A stretch of DNA of 63,801 bases, filler included, from Octopus bimaculoides (lineage: Eukaryota), in NCBI RefSeq assembly GCF_001194135.2. It is 6 parts of 6 records of this genome, joined end to end, with 100 filler letters (N's around TTAATTAATTAA, not from the genome) between each part and the next. Parts side by side here need not be neighbours in the genome. Positions count along the whole stretch, not along the records: positions 31,621 to 44,059 come from NC_068987.1; positions 44,160 to 52,542 come from NC_069006.1; 4 more parts are not named here. One strand, written 5' to 3'. The translations under genes were made by a program, and so were the position numbers. How positions within the stretch are numbered: position 1 is the first letter of the stretch; every line of letters starts with the position of its first letter. This document shows, one piece after another, positions 40,070-52,096 of the stretch. Under the pieces are notes generated by a model. The model searched no databases. It was not told the origin of the DNA and saw only the letters and a program-made list of their open reading frames with translations.

Positions 40070-42272
40070 TATATTAACAACTCGGAAAAACGTCCAAAGG
40101 AGGTGTTTAAGGAATTGTGTCAAAGGAAGTGTGAAGAGGATTGTATTATTCTCTACAAGAAATGTGTAGTGCAACATATTAAAGTCTACTGGAAGTGTTT
40201 AATGGAATGTTTTAAATTCTGCATGAATTATGTATTGGGCTGTATTATCATCTTCAGAATGCTTGTAGCGGACTATATGACATGCCTAGTAGACTGCACT
40301 AAAGTCTACAAGAAGTGTGTATTCGTGATGTTTAAAGTTCAAATGAAGTGTGCAATGAACTGTTATGAAATCTACAGGAAATGTGAGTTGCAGTATGTAT
40401 GAATATCGTCAATGAGTGCGTAGTGGACTTCATTAAAGTTCTTCAGTAAAAATGTAGTGGGCTCCACTGGCGTCTATAGGAGTGTTTTCTGGATTGTTTT
40501 GTCTAAATAGAATGTAAAGTGGACTGTTTTTCAAGTCTATATGAAGTGAGCAATGAGCTGTACCCAAGTCTTTGGGAAGGGTGGAGTGGACTGTGTTAAC
40601 GCCTACTAGATATGCGTAGCCGAATGCATTAACGTCTTCAGGAATTACGTAACGGATTGTATTAAAATTTATGTGAAACTTGAAATGGACCGTATTATTT
40701 TTCTGCAGGAAGTATGTAGGGCTACTAAGGCTGTGTCAATAATCTTGATTGGGGAATAGGAACATGTGACGTAAATAGATAACTCTTATCTATAGGGAGA
40801 TAGGAAAACGTTTGATTAAAATAAATCATTCACAGAATTTAAGAAAAGTAAATGAAAGGATGTTAGAGGAATTATATTTGAAGACAAATTTTCATTTAAA
40901 CTAAAGTAAGAAATTAAGCTTCCTTTATTTTTAATTAAATAATTTCAGTTGGTTGCGAACGTTGCATGGCAAATGAATATTCGCATGTAGTGTATGGTTT
41001 AGTACTGTGGCTGACGTGCTTGAATATATGTGGTTATGTTATATACCTGTATCTGTATGTGCGTGTGTATACGTGTGTGTGTGTGTTTGTGAGCATCTAT
41101 ACAAGCATACGCACGCACGCACATACACAGTTATGAAAAAGATTTTAAATTTAATTTTTAATTTTCTTTTGTTTTACTTTACCCATTTTTAACCAGTTAA
41201 CCATTTCTTTAGATTATATAAAATGCTTCGATAGGTGAAATCACAAGTCTTTATATTTATAAGTTTATCATTGTTCGTTCTCTTGCCATATCTAAAAGAT
41301 AAAACTATTTTTTAATGTATTTACTTCCGATTCACTTTCGATCAGATAAATCTCTACTTGCCATCATTATTCCATAAATTATGGGTGATATCTTCCTTAT
41401 CCACTAGACTTCTGAAGGAAGTGAAACCAACAAAAATTCAGTGTAAATATTGCAAAAATCTTTTATCCGGAAGCAAAATGCAAATGTTATAAGTATAACA
41501 ACACATCTAAAATAATGAGATTACAGAAATATTGAATTTTAACAAAGAACGTGAAGACGGACGAAATGCCGCTACGCATTTTGTCCGGCATGCTAACGAT
41601 TCTTCCAGCTCACCCAACGCCTTAAAATTATAATAATATTGGCATCACAGTTTATAGATCATTTCTGATAGGACTATCCATAATAACATTAATCCATTAG
41701 TCTGTATAATTTGAGAAATAACACCGAGAATATGCAAAGACGTAAAAGTAAAGCAGTGAGATTTGACAAATGAAATAGTTTCATTCCAATTTTAAGTTTA
41801 GCTCACAACTAATTTATTTGGCGTTAGAAATAACAGTTATGTAGTGTAATATAAGTAGGACGGCCAACACTGCCAAAAATATAAATTGTGAGAGATATAA
41901 CAGAAACTGTGATCTACAAGCTGGCTAACAAGATGGCTATTTCTGGTTATCTAGACGATGGTGGTGATGGGAGGGACTGTGGTTCTGATGAAATTGATAG
42001 TGGTGATAATGACGATGATGTTTCTATGTAGGATACTAGGTGGAATATTTGGACGACAGTGTAACAGTTTGTGCTAGCAACTGATATACTTATAATGTCG
42101 TCGTCATTGTTGTTGTTGTTGCTGCTGTTGTGCAGACCCGTCTCAGCTCTGGTTAAACAATGGTGTTCAATGTGGTGGTGGTGGAAATGATGATATTAGA
42201 AGTTGTGGTAGTAGCGGTGTTAGTGGTGTCAATACTGTTCCTGATAGTAGTAGTAGTGGTGGTGGTATGGGA

Positions 42273-42315
<43 letters not shown>

Positions 42316-42640
42316 GCAGCGNNNNNNNNNNNNNNNNNNNNNNNNNNNNNNNNNNNNNNNNNNNNNNNNNNNNNNNNNNNNNNNNNNNNNNNNNNNNNNN
42401 NNNNNNNNNNNNNNNNNNNNNNNNNNNNNNNNNNNNNNNNNNNNNNNNNNNNNNNNNNNNNNNNNNNNNNNNNNNNNNNNNGGTGGTATTTTGGAAGAAA
42501 CACTATTAACTATAGAATTACTGCTCTAAGTTGATGGTGTACGCTGTATTGATGGAGTACCCTTCGATTGTTACTCGCGATTTAAAATTTGTTTAACAAC
42601 ATTTTTATTGTGCTTTTGTCTTGTAACCCTTTGCGAAGTA

Positions 42641-43790
42641 ATGGCAGACAATAGTGTGTCCAAAAAGAGGAAGTGGCACACCCAAAATTTCAAGAAGTCG
42701 TGGTTGGAGGATGCTGAGCTTAAAAATTGATTACAGCAAGACGATAAAAATCCTGATCCTGGCTACTGCGTTTGTTGCAACGTTGTATTGAAAAATGCTA
42801 ACAAATTAATGCTGTAAGCTCATAAAAACACTGCCAAACACAAGAAGGCTTTTGATTGTGCGAAATCTGCAATTAAATTAGATCCATTTTTTGTTACAAA
42901 AAAACACATGATACATTAAATGAAAAAGTAGCTAAGGCAGACTTGCTACTAACAAGTTATGTTGCTGAACATCACATACTTTTCATCCATATAAATCATT
43001 TATCTGAAATTTGTAAAAAGGCCTTTCCCAATAGTGAAATAGCTAAAAATCTACAAATGGAAAAAGCAAAATTAATATACATTATGCAAGACGGAATTGC
43101 ACATTATGAACAAAATGAAATCTTGAAAATTCTCAAGAAACAAAAATTTTCATTATTGATAGATGAGAGTACGGACATCTCAGTGGCATAAATCTTAGCA
43201 ATAGTTGTTTGTTTTTTTGATGAACAGTTGCTTAATGTCAAGGATGCGCTTCTGGATGCGATTGTATTAGAAAATAGTCTGTCTCGGGGTTTGTACGATG
43301 CTGTCAAGTCTACCCTTACAAAAGAAGATGTATCTATGAGCAACATACTTGGATTTGCCAGCGATAATTGCTCAACAATGATAGGTAACAAGAGCGGGTT
43401 TCAAAAGTTATTGAGAAACGATATTTCGACTGTATTTACAATAGGCTGTGTTTGCCATTCTTTTGCACTTTGTTCAAGTCATGCAGTGAAGATGTTACCT
43501 TCGTATCTCAAGTTCTATTTTAAAGGACTTAACTTCTTACTTTTCTCGAAGTAGCAAACGTCAAAAGGACTTCAATATGATACAAAGTGTTGTTGGCACA
43601 AAAGAAAAGATTCCAAAGCTTTTGCAAACTAGATTGTTGTCGTGTGAAAATGTAATTAACGTTATAATAGAACAGTGGAATTCCCTTGTACTTTATTTTC
43701 AGTCAAAGACTAAAGTAGAAAAAGTGAACGGAGTAAAAATGATCTCTGAAACAATGATTAACAAAAATAGCACGTGTTGCCAATATATGT
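42641..43790 (+). mobile_element. Decayed hAT-superfamily transposase
   Basis: ATG at 42641; BED-like zinc finger (YCVCC...H...H); FSLLIDESTD; GFASDNCSTMIG; GCVCHSFALC. In-frame stops and a frameshift. No matching TIR pair found. Confidence 0.8.
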
Positions 43791-43822
43791 AAACAACATA
43801 TATTGGCAACACGTGCTATTTT
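43764..43822. repeat. Perfect 27-bp inverted repeat with 5-nt loop
   Basis: AAAATAGCACGTGTTGCCAATATATGT-AAACA-ACATATATTGGCAACACGTGCTATTTT. Confidence 0.9.
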
Positions 43823-44103
43823 CAGGATATTGACGAGAAAATGTGCAGCCACGCACAAAATGACGGCTTCCAAATCCTGTTTCTTGACTGGGTGAAAATG
43901 ATCAATCTTTAAACGTCTTTTTTTCTGGAAGAAATGAAATAAATCCAGCAATTCAGTTTGGCCAAGTGTATTATTGTACCAAATTTTAAAATTTTCGGTA
44001 AACTTTAATTTTTGGAGCTGCTAGCAACCAAACCAAAAAGATCCTAAACTTTTCTTTTANNNNNNNNNNNNNNNNNNNNNNNNNNNNNNNNNNNNNNNNN
44101 NNN

Positions 44104-44115
44104 TTAATTAATTAA
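44104..44115. other. Artificial scaffold spacer
   Basis: Same layout. Confidence 0.9.
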
Positions 44116-44658
44116 NNNNNNNNNNNNNNNNNNNNNNNNNNNNNNNNNNNNNNNNNNNNAAAATTAAATTGAGCCTTATAGATAAAGTATATATAAAATA
44201 TATATAGTTTTAGGGAAAATAACCAATTTTCAAGAACTCATCGATGAAAATCCACTATCACATATAGAAAAATTAATAATTAAAAGCACAATAAATGAGT
44301 ATAATATAAAGTAAAGTAAATATCATAAGATAAATATAATAAAATGATTACACGTGTTTCATAACCAATTTTCAAATAGAAAAGAAATTTAAATCGATTA
44401 AAATCAATTGAAATTATCGAAAATAAGTTCTATTCAAAAATATAGCTACTCGTCAGATCGTAAGTAGAACAATAATTAGATATATATCTCAACCAACAAT
44501 AAGTACCAAATGAATTAATATATATATATATATATATATAAATGTATATACATATATATATATATATACGTGTGCGTGTGTGTGTGTGTACTTGAAAATG
44601 GATGCGTGGTGTTCAATCATATAATAATATGAATAAAATATAAATATATGCAGAAATA

Positions 44659-45085
44659 CATACATGTATGTACATACTTACATATATTTGTATATATACA
44701 TCCATATATAGGTACAGGACATAAAAAAAGCGTCAACAAAATGAGAAACGAGAGCATAAAAAGCAAAAGCATAGAAGACGAACATTTTTCGAATAACGAA
44801 AAAAACAAACAGAGATACGAGACAGGCAGCATAAAGAACAATCCTTTTATCAGTTGTCCCCTGTTTTATCTACTCCGCGTTTCGAAGGTAGGGACAAGAC
44901 GCGACTTCATTAAAACAGTCCTTCCCGCAAAGCAAATTAAATAAAATTTGGGATTTTTTGCGGAGGGTTAAAGTGGTAACAAAAAGGGGACAGTAAGAAC
45001 AACTTTGTTGACCTTTTTTTTATGTCCTGTACCCATATATGCATGTATATACACACATATATATGCAAGTATGTACATATATGTA
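44659..45085. repeat. Inverted repeat, approx. 80-bp arms (44659-44740, 45004-45085)
   Basis: catatataggtacaggacataaaaaaagcgtcaacaaa versus reverse complement catatatgggtacaggacataaaaaaaaggtcaacaaa. Confidence 0.75.
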
Positions 45086-45160
45086 TATATATGCATATAT
45101 TTATATATGTATATGTATGTATGGATGTACATCTCTCTCTCTCTCTCTCTCTCCAAATAG

Positions 45161-45246
<86 letters not shown>

Positions 45247-45362
45247 GTATGTGTGTATATACATATATATATACATACAGAAAGAGAGTGAGATACAAAC
45301 ATACATTATTATATATATAAATATGCGTGTGTGTGTTTGTGTGTGTGTGCGTGTGTATACAC

Positions 45363-45505
45363 ACACATACACACACGGAGGCTTACATCAAGTGCTCAGA
45401 GGAAGTAGTACTGCCCAGAGTCAAGAGGGTGGCTACTGGAAGACCTTATGTCTGGCATCAGAACTCTGCACAAAGCCATATAAGCAGGAGACCTCTAAGT
45501 CATGG
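45363..45505 (+). mobile_element. Second maT transposase fragment, inverted relative to the adjacent element
   Basis: TEAYIKCSEEVVLPRVKRVATGRPYVWHQNSA, homologous to the reverse complement of about 45868-45995. Confidence 0.7.
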
Positions 45506-45506
45506 A

Positions 45507-46363
45507 GGTGCGGTGAATAAAGAGTGGTTTAAATTACGCAAAAATGAAAATACCACTGACATCTCATTTTAACCGATAATTTTACCAAAATTACATAAAA
45601 ATATCTTGAAATACTAAAGAGTAAAGTTATTCAAATAAATCGCATTGGCTTCAACCACAGCCTCCAGACGACTTCGGAACTCTTCAGGACAGTCTCCTTG
45701 TTTAAGTTGGTGAATGCTGTCATTATCATTGCTTTCAATCATCTTAGAGTTACAAAGAATTTTGTTGGTCTTTCGCTCAGCTGTGCCCTGCACATAATAA
45801 TCAAGGGGGTTGCAGTCTGGGGAGTTGGGTGGCCAGATCTTAGGGGTGATATGGTCGCAGAAATTGTCTGACAGCCATGACTGGGTTCTGCTGTTTGTGT
45901 GGCATGGTGCAGAGTCCTCTTGCCAAACATAGGGTCTTGCAGTAGCCACCCTCTTGACCCAGGGCAGTACTACTTCCTCTAAGCCTCCGTGTTGATTCTG
46001 AGGCCGTGTGAGAAGATGAATGGAGGCATAACGTGGCCATCTCTAGTGATCACTCCTAACACCATGATGTTGACTGGATGTTTTGATTTTTATCACTCTC
46101 GGTACGTAATCCTCGGATTGCACTGTCCGCAGATTAACACTCAAACAATTCTGAAATGTTCGTATTGGAGCTTCCTGCACGAATGCCAAGCTATACAGCA
46201 TGTGGTCTGCAAATTTTTGGCTGAGTGAATTGCATCATGGTGCTTTTTTTTTTTCTCACGGCTGGTGCCCAACCGACCCTACTATACTGTATAGTCGACA
46301 AAATCAAAAACAAACAATGCATATGCGCGAAATTAAAAATATAAAATTTACTCATAGCACCGT
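45507..46363 (-). mobile_element. Internally deleted maT-type (DD37D) Tc1/mariner element
   Basis: VWQEDSAPCH...WPPNSPDCNPLDYY with 37 residues between the 2nd and 3rd Asp. HTH remnant joins directly to KIKHPVNIMV. Degenerate TIRs near 45508-45523 and 46347-46362. Confidence 0.75.
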
Positions 46364-46515
46364 ATATATGTGTGTGTGTATATATATATACATATGTATG
46401 TATGTAGGTAGGTAGGAAGGAAGGTAGGTAGGTAGGTAGGTAGGAAGGTAGGTAGATAGATAAATAGGTATGCACATATATATATTTATACGTATATATA
46501 TATATGATGCATATA

Positions 46516-46553
<38 letters not shown>

Positions 46554-46563
46554 NNNNNNNNNN

Positions 46564-46600
<37 letters not shown>

Positions 46601-47632
46601 GCGTGTGTTCTTCAAATAGGTTTATTTTAACGTAATGCATTATGAATTGATTTTTTATTAAGTTAGACGACGAAACATTGAATTACATCCAACTTATTTC
46701 TAACCATTATTTCTGTAAGCGATTAAATTACGTTTAAATTGAAGACTGTCTGGTTTGGTTGCTTGTTTTCTAACTACGTGGTTTTCGATTCTGTTCAACT
46801 GTGTCGCAGTGTTTCTACTATAGCTCGGGGCAGGCCAATGACTTGTGATTCTATTTTGTGGACAGGGTCTGTGCAAAAAGCCAGGCGTGTATATATGTTG
46901 CATGTGAGTGTTTGCTTGTGATATACGCGCGCGCGCGCACACATACATACACGAACGCATATATTGTAGTGGGTGAGTTTGTGTGTATTTACTTATATGC
47001 ATCCACTCAGTTTTGCCAACTTGCTATACTAAGTTTATTTCAGAGGAAAACATACCCGCTGATTTCACCTATTGGTTTTAAATGACAATACCCTCTCAGA
47101 TCTGTTTTATTTACATTAATTGTCCAATAATTTCGATCAGACGGTCTAAGATTTATCTCCCTTGTTGTTTTTTGGAGATTTTCGACATCTCTCCATTTTC
47201 CAATCGATAATTGCGTTCATAATCTAAATTGGCCGGAGGATAAAATATGTCAAACTCCAAACTATATATTTATATATATACATATACATAATAAACTTTG
47301 CTGTCGATTTCGACATATTAAGTTCTAGCAGCATTTTTTTCTCTTTAGTTTTGGGTCTGATGTCTATGCCTGTTATGAGCCAACAATTTAGATTAGATAC
47401 ATGAACGGATTATTAAACAAAGCGACTGGAATGTTTGTTCGAGATTTCTGTTTGCGCTAAGTCCTTCAAGACAATCCACACTGCTTAATTCGTAGTTTTT
47501 TTTTTATGGCTTTATAGTTATTTTTTGCGATTCGATGCAGTTATTTAGACTATTTCTGGAAGAATCTTTGTCACTTTCAGGTTAGCTTTGAACTTGTCAT
47601 TGTACCATAGCCATCTTTCTAACTATCCATCC

Positions 47633-47689
<57 letters not shown>

Positions 47690-47741
47690 CCTATCTATCT
47701 ATCTATGTGTCTGCCTACTCACCTGTATGCCTACCTGCCTG

Positions 47742-47794
<53 letters not shown>

Positions 47795-48126
47795 GTGTCT
47801 GACTACCCACCTGTCTGCCTACCTGCATGTCTGTCAGTCTGTCTACCTATCTATCCATCTATCTATCTAGCTAGATAGATAGCTTCATATCTATCTATCT
47901 ATATTAAATAATTTTAACATGAGATGGAATGAACAGGTTTTCTTCCATATCACTACAAATAAAGCATCTTCTCGTATTAAAATTCTTTTGTATATACTAT
48001 ACGGATAGTTGCGGATTTTCACAGGTATATCTAATAAAAGGGGAAAACCTACTGTATAACAGCATCTGATGGCCGATACCCGATGAGGAGCATTGGAAAG
48101 CACGTTATAAGGATATTATCCAGATG

Positions 48127-48173
<47 letters not shown>

Positions 48174-48341
48174 GCTATTTATATTTATATATAACGACGA
48201 CCACTAGGTGGACTGTTAATGTGCTAGAAGAAGATCACATGTAATGTGTCTACTAAGACCTAATAGTTCTCAAATGAAATTCAGCGAAATACCAAACCGT
48301 ATGCGGGCAAGACTGAAAATTACATAAATAAAAAATTATTA

Positions 48342-48405
48342 TTCGTGTACTAGTTTCGAAATTAATATTCTCTTACCGAAAATATCTGTTTCTCGTCAGC
48401 ACGAA
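48342..48405 (-). ncRNA. Type I hammerhead ribozyme fold (Penelope/retrozyme-like minimal stem III)
   Basis: Minus strand reads UUCGUG-CUGACGA-GAAACAGAUAUUUUC GGUAA GAGAAUAUUAAUUUC-GAAA-CUAG-UA-CACGAA. Stem I 6 bp perfect; intact CUGANGA and GAAA core; stem II 4+9 bp closed by G-C; palindromic ACUAGU stem III; GUA cleavage triplet. Confidence 0.8.
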
Positions 48406-49519
48406 CTGTAAGGAAGGTATAATTCTCAGAATCCTATACAAGTTGTTCACCCCTAGTGGCGAACGCGTATATGGTTCTGCTAATTACAACTTATACATAT
48501 NNNNNNNNNNNNNNNNNNNNNNNNNNNNNNNNNNNNNNNNNNNNNNNNNNNNNNNNNNNNNNNNNNNNNNNNNNNNNNNNNNNNNNNNNNNNNNNNNNNN
48601 NNNNNNNNNNNNNNNNNNNNNNNNNNNNNNNNNNNNNNNNNNNNNNNNNNNNNNNNNNNNNNNNNNNNNNNNNNNNNNNNNNNNNNNNNNNNNNNNNNNN
48701 NNNNNNNNNNNNNNNNNNNNNNNNNNNNNNNNNNNNNNNNNNNNNNNNNNNNNNNNNNNNNNNNNNNNNNNNNNNNNNNNNNNNNNNNNNNNNNNNNNNN
48801 NNNNNNNNNNNNNNNNNNNNNNNNNNNNNNNNNNNNNNNNNNNNNNNNNNNNNNNNNNNNNNNNNNNNNNNNNNNNNNNNNNNNNNNNNNNNNNNNNNNN
48901 NNNNNNNNNNNNNNNNNNNNNNNNNNNNNNNNNNNNNNNNNNNNNNNNNNNNNNNNNNNNNNNNNNNNNNNNNNNNNNNNNNNNNNNNNNNNNNNNNNNN
49001 NNNNNNNNNNNNNNNNNNNNNNNNNNNNNNNNNNNNNNNNNNNNNNNNNNNNNNNNNNNNNNNNNNNNNNNNNNNNNNNNNNNNNNNNNNNNNNNNNNNN
49101 NNNNNNNNNNNNNNNNNNNNNNNNNNNNNNNNNNNNNNNNNNNNNNNNNNNNNNNNNNNNNNNNNNNNNNNNNNNNNNNNNNNNNNNNNNNNNNNNNNNN
49201 NNNNNNNNNNNNNNNNNNNNNNNNNNNNNNNNNNNNNNNNNNNNNNNNATATAGGCTGAAGGCCTGACATTTTGAAACCGTGCTAGGCGATTACATTGAC
49301 CTCAGTGCTCAGCTGGTTCTTTATTTATCGACCCCAAAAGGATTAAAAGCGTAGTCGACCACGGTAGACTTTGAACGCAGAATGTAAGAGAGGAAGAACT
49401 GTTTGCTAATCATTTTCCAGACGTTTTAGCAATTCTGCCAGCTGATCGCCTGCGAAACGAGGACTCTTGGACATGCCTGATATCTCCGTCCTTTGTCCTT
49501 TGCCACCATATGTACTCAC

Positions 49520-49700
49520 TTAACATGTCTTTTTAGACCTCCAACTGAGAGGCACACCCTTCCACATTTTACACATGTTCTGTTGTGAAGTTTAACATCC
49601 ACATCACATCATGGGTCGATTTCTGTGAGATTTTTGATGGCTCACCAGGCCTGCACGACTCAAACACCTCCTCCCACAAACCACACACATACATACTTAC
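49520..49700 (-). mobile_element. RTE-like C-terminal zinc-finger remnant
   Basis: CVKCGRVCLSVGGLKRHVK.VH resembles the C..CGR.C.S..GL..H end of RTE ORFs. Confidence 0.4.
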
Positions 49701-50146
49701 TAAAATACATACATAGACATTTGCATGCAACAACCAAGATCCACACAGACAGATAGTTAGGCTGACAGATAGACAGGAACTTACTTCACTATTTCTTCTC
49801 CGTTTCTTTTTTCCTCCTCACCACACACTAAGCAAATATTATAGTATTTGATCTATATCGCCATTGATATATTATAGTGTATACAATCCGACAGCTGCCT
49901 CTGGTCAACAACAACAGCAGAAAAAACAACAACAACAACAGTGATAATACTACTACTACTACTACTAATAATAATAATAATAAAGACGACGGTGGGGACG
50001 CTGATAATGTTTACTTTGTTATTGCTGCAAGGGCGAAGATGGTAAATGAGGTAATAAACATGACAAGGACGAGTTGCATAAAGAGAAGCCCGTGGGACGA
50101 CCCACAGCCTCTGTGTTGTGGAAACTAACAAACAAATATACAGTGA

Positions 50147-50167
50147 CGTATGTATGTATGAATAGAC

Positions 50168-50198
<31 letters not shown>

Positions 50199-50204
50199 TG
50201 TATG

Positions 50205-50235
<31 letters not shown>

Positions 50236-50323
50236 GTATGTATTATGTATGTATGTATGCACGTGTCAGTATGTATATATGTGTTTACGTATATTTCTAT
50301 GTATCTGTGTATCTATCTATCTA

Positions 50324-50355
<32 letters not shown>

Positions 50356-50457
50356 CCTATCTCTCTGTCTATCTCTCTGTCTATCTATCTATCTATCTAT
50401 CTGTCTATCTGTCTATCTATCTATCTATATATATCTATCTATCTATCTCTCTGTCTG

Positions 50458-50502
<45 letters not shown>

Positions 50503-50549
50503 ATATCATCTATCGACCTATTTATCTATGTCTGTATATATGTACGTGC

Positions 50550-50593
<44 letters not shown>

Positions 50594-50636
50594 ATGTGAG
50601 TGTGTGTGTGTGCGTGTGTGCGTGTGTGTGTGTGTG
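50147..50636 (+). repeat. Compound microsatellite (GTAT)n-(TCTA/TCTG)n-(GT)n
   Basis: Directly visible. Similar tracts at about 13900-14045, 25970-26214, 34515-34696, 39326-39640 and 47627-47880 explain many spurious ORFs. Confidence 0.95.
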
Positions 50637-51163
50637 TTGTTCACTCCAAGCATTTACTATTTGTTGTTTCCTGCCAACTGGACTATTCCACGCTCGTCGA
50701 TCAGAGGCTTTGCCAGCTGCCGAAGGCGGTTGCGTGCCTTTCACGGATCTGGGCGGTCTAGCATTGGGAGAGGTCATAGCAGAAGGCAACCGCTAAGTAA
50801 TTCTTGAGTGACCATCTTTCTAAAAGGTCGATTTCAGTAATATGTTTGGATTACCTCGCTCATAATTTATCTCAGACGAATAGCTTTTTTATGGAAATAT
50901 TTCTTAGCTTGTCACATAACAATACCCCTAGCAAAAAGAGCAAACCCCACATTTCAATCAGTTGTAGTTTACATGTATCTTCGAATTTTAGGGTCCACAT
51001 TTCTGAGGCTGAAGTAGCGGTGGGGAAAATGAACGTGTTGCACAATCTAACTTCCAAGTCCCCATAGTTTAGACCGTGATTCTTAGTTTCCCGATGTGTG
51101 ACTCGTCATTTCATATCCATTGATCTGAAATCTGTGACATGTTCTATCACAAAACCATAGGGT

Positions 51164-51554
51164 ATTGTTGGCATTCCGTCGGTTGCGACGACGAGGGTTC
51201 CAGCTGATCCGATCAACGGAACAGCCTGCTCGTGAAATTAACGTGCAAGTGGCTGAGCACTCCACAGACACGTGTATCCTTAACGTAGTTCTCGGGGGAT
51301 ATTCAGCGTGACACACAGTGTGACAAGGCTGAGCCCTTTGGGTTACAGGCACAACAGAAACAGCAAGATAGAGTGAAAGAAAGTTGTGATGAAAGAGTAC
51401 AGGAGGGATCGCCACCCCCCATCCTCTGCCGGAGCCTCGTGGACCTTTAGGTGTTTTCGCTCAATAAACACTCACAAAGCCCGGTCTGGGAATCGAAACC
51501 GCAATCCCACGACCGCGAGTCCGCTGCCCTAACCACTGGGCCATTGCGCCTCCA
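51164..51554 (-). mobile_element. Young tRNA-derived SINE family C (possibly octopus OR-type) with TSD
   Basis: Head GGAGGCGCAATGGCCCAGTGGTTAGGGC...GGTTTCGATTCCC. TSD cacaaaaccatag at 51148-51160 and 51555-51567. Confidence 0.85.
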
Positions 51555-51630
51555 CACAAAACCATAGAGTGTGAGCTGCTCATTGCTATGCAACTGGATC
51601 TTGAATTTTGCATACACTATATCAGGCATT

Positions 51631-51747
51631 GTGGAGACGCAATGGCCTAGTGGTTAGAGCAGTGGACTCGCGGTCGGAGGATCGCGGTTTCGATTCCCAG
51701 ACCGGGCGTTGTGTGTGTTTATTGAGCGAAAACACCTAAAGCTCTAC
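51631..51747 (+). mobile_element. 3'-truncated SINE family C head
   Basis: About 88% identical by eye to the head of the 51164-51554 copy, in the opposite orientation. Confidence 0.8.
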
Positions 51748-52096
51748 TATAGTAGAAAACACTTGCTCAATTATGTCATGCATTGATATCGAACCCGTAA
51801 CTACGAGTTTGCAAAGTGAATTTCTTAACCACAGAGCCCGTATATTTCATCGAGGTTTCTTAGTCTTCTTGTGACAAAATCTAGAAAGTTGTTGAAAAGG
51901 TTGAGGGAGAGCAGGTAACTTTGTCTCAGACCCACGCATACTTTAAACGAATCTATCAGTTGACGATCATTCACAACTATGGCGCACAAAGTATTGTATA
52001 ACACCTCCATCTTCTGCAATACCGAGTGGTCTACTTCCACTGCCGCCTTTATCTTTCCTATGTCCTTTCTCCTGGTCGTATTAAGAGCAGCTTTGT

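Larger units (their letters stand above)
36000..40725 (+). repeat. Degenerate 33-bp minisatellite (AAAGTCTACAGGAAGTGTGTAGTGGACTGTATT), split by the pogo-like element
   Basis: Units at about 36000-37193 and 40070-40725. The junction reconstitutes ggacTAtattaa, matching the unit. Confidence 0.8.
50640..52080 (-). mobile_element. Decayed RTE-clade LINE with nested SINEs
   Basis: VGLRQSYLLSLNLFNNFL (RT); VRLCNTFIFPTATSASEMWTLK...IEMW (post-RT); RPPR...ASDRRAW (C-terminus). Interrupted at 51164-51554 and 51631-51747. Confidence 0.7.
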
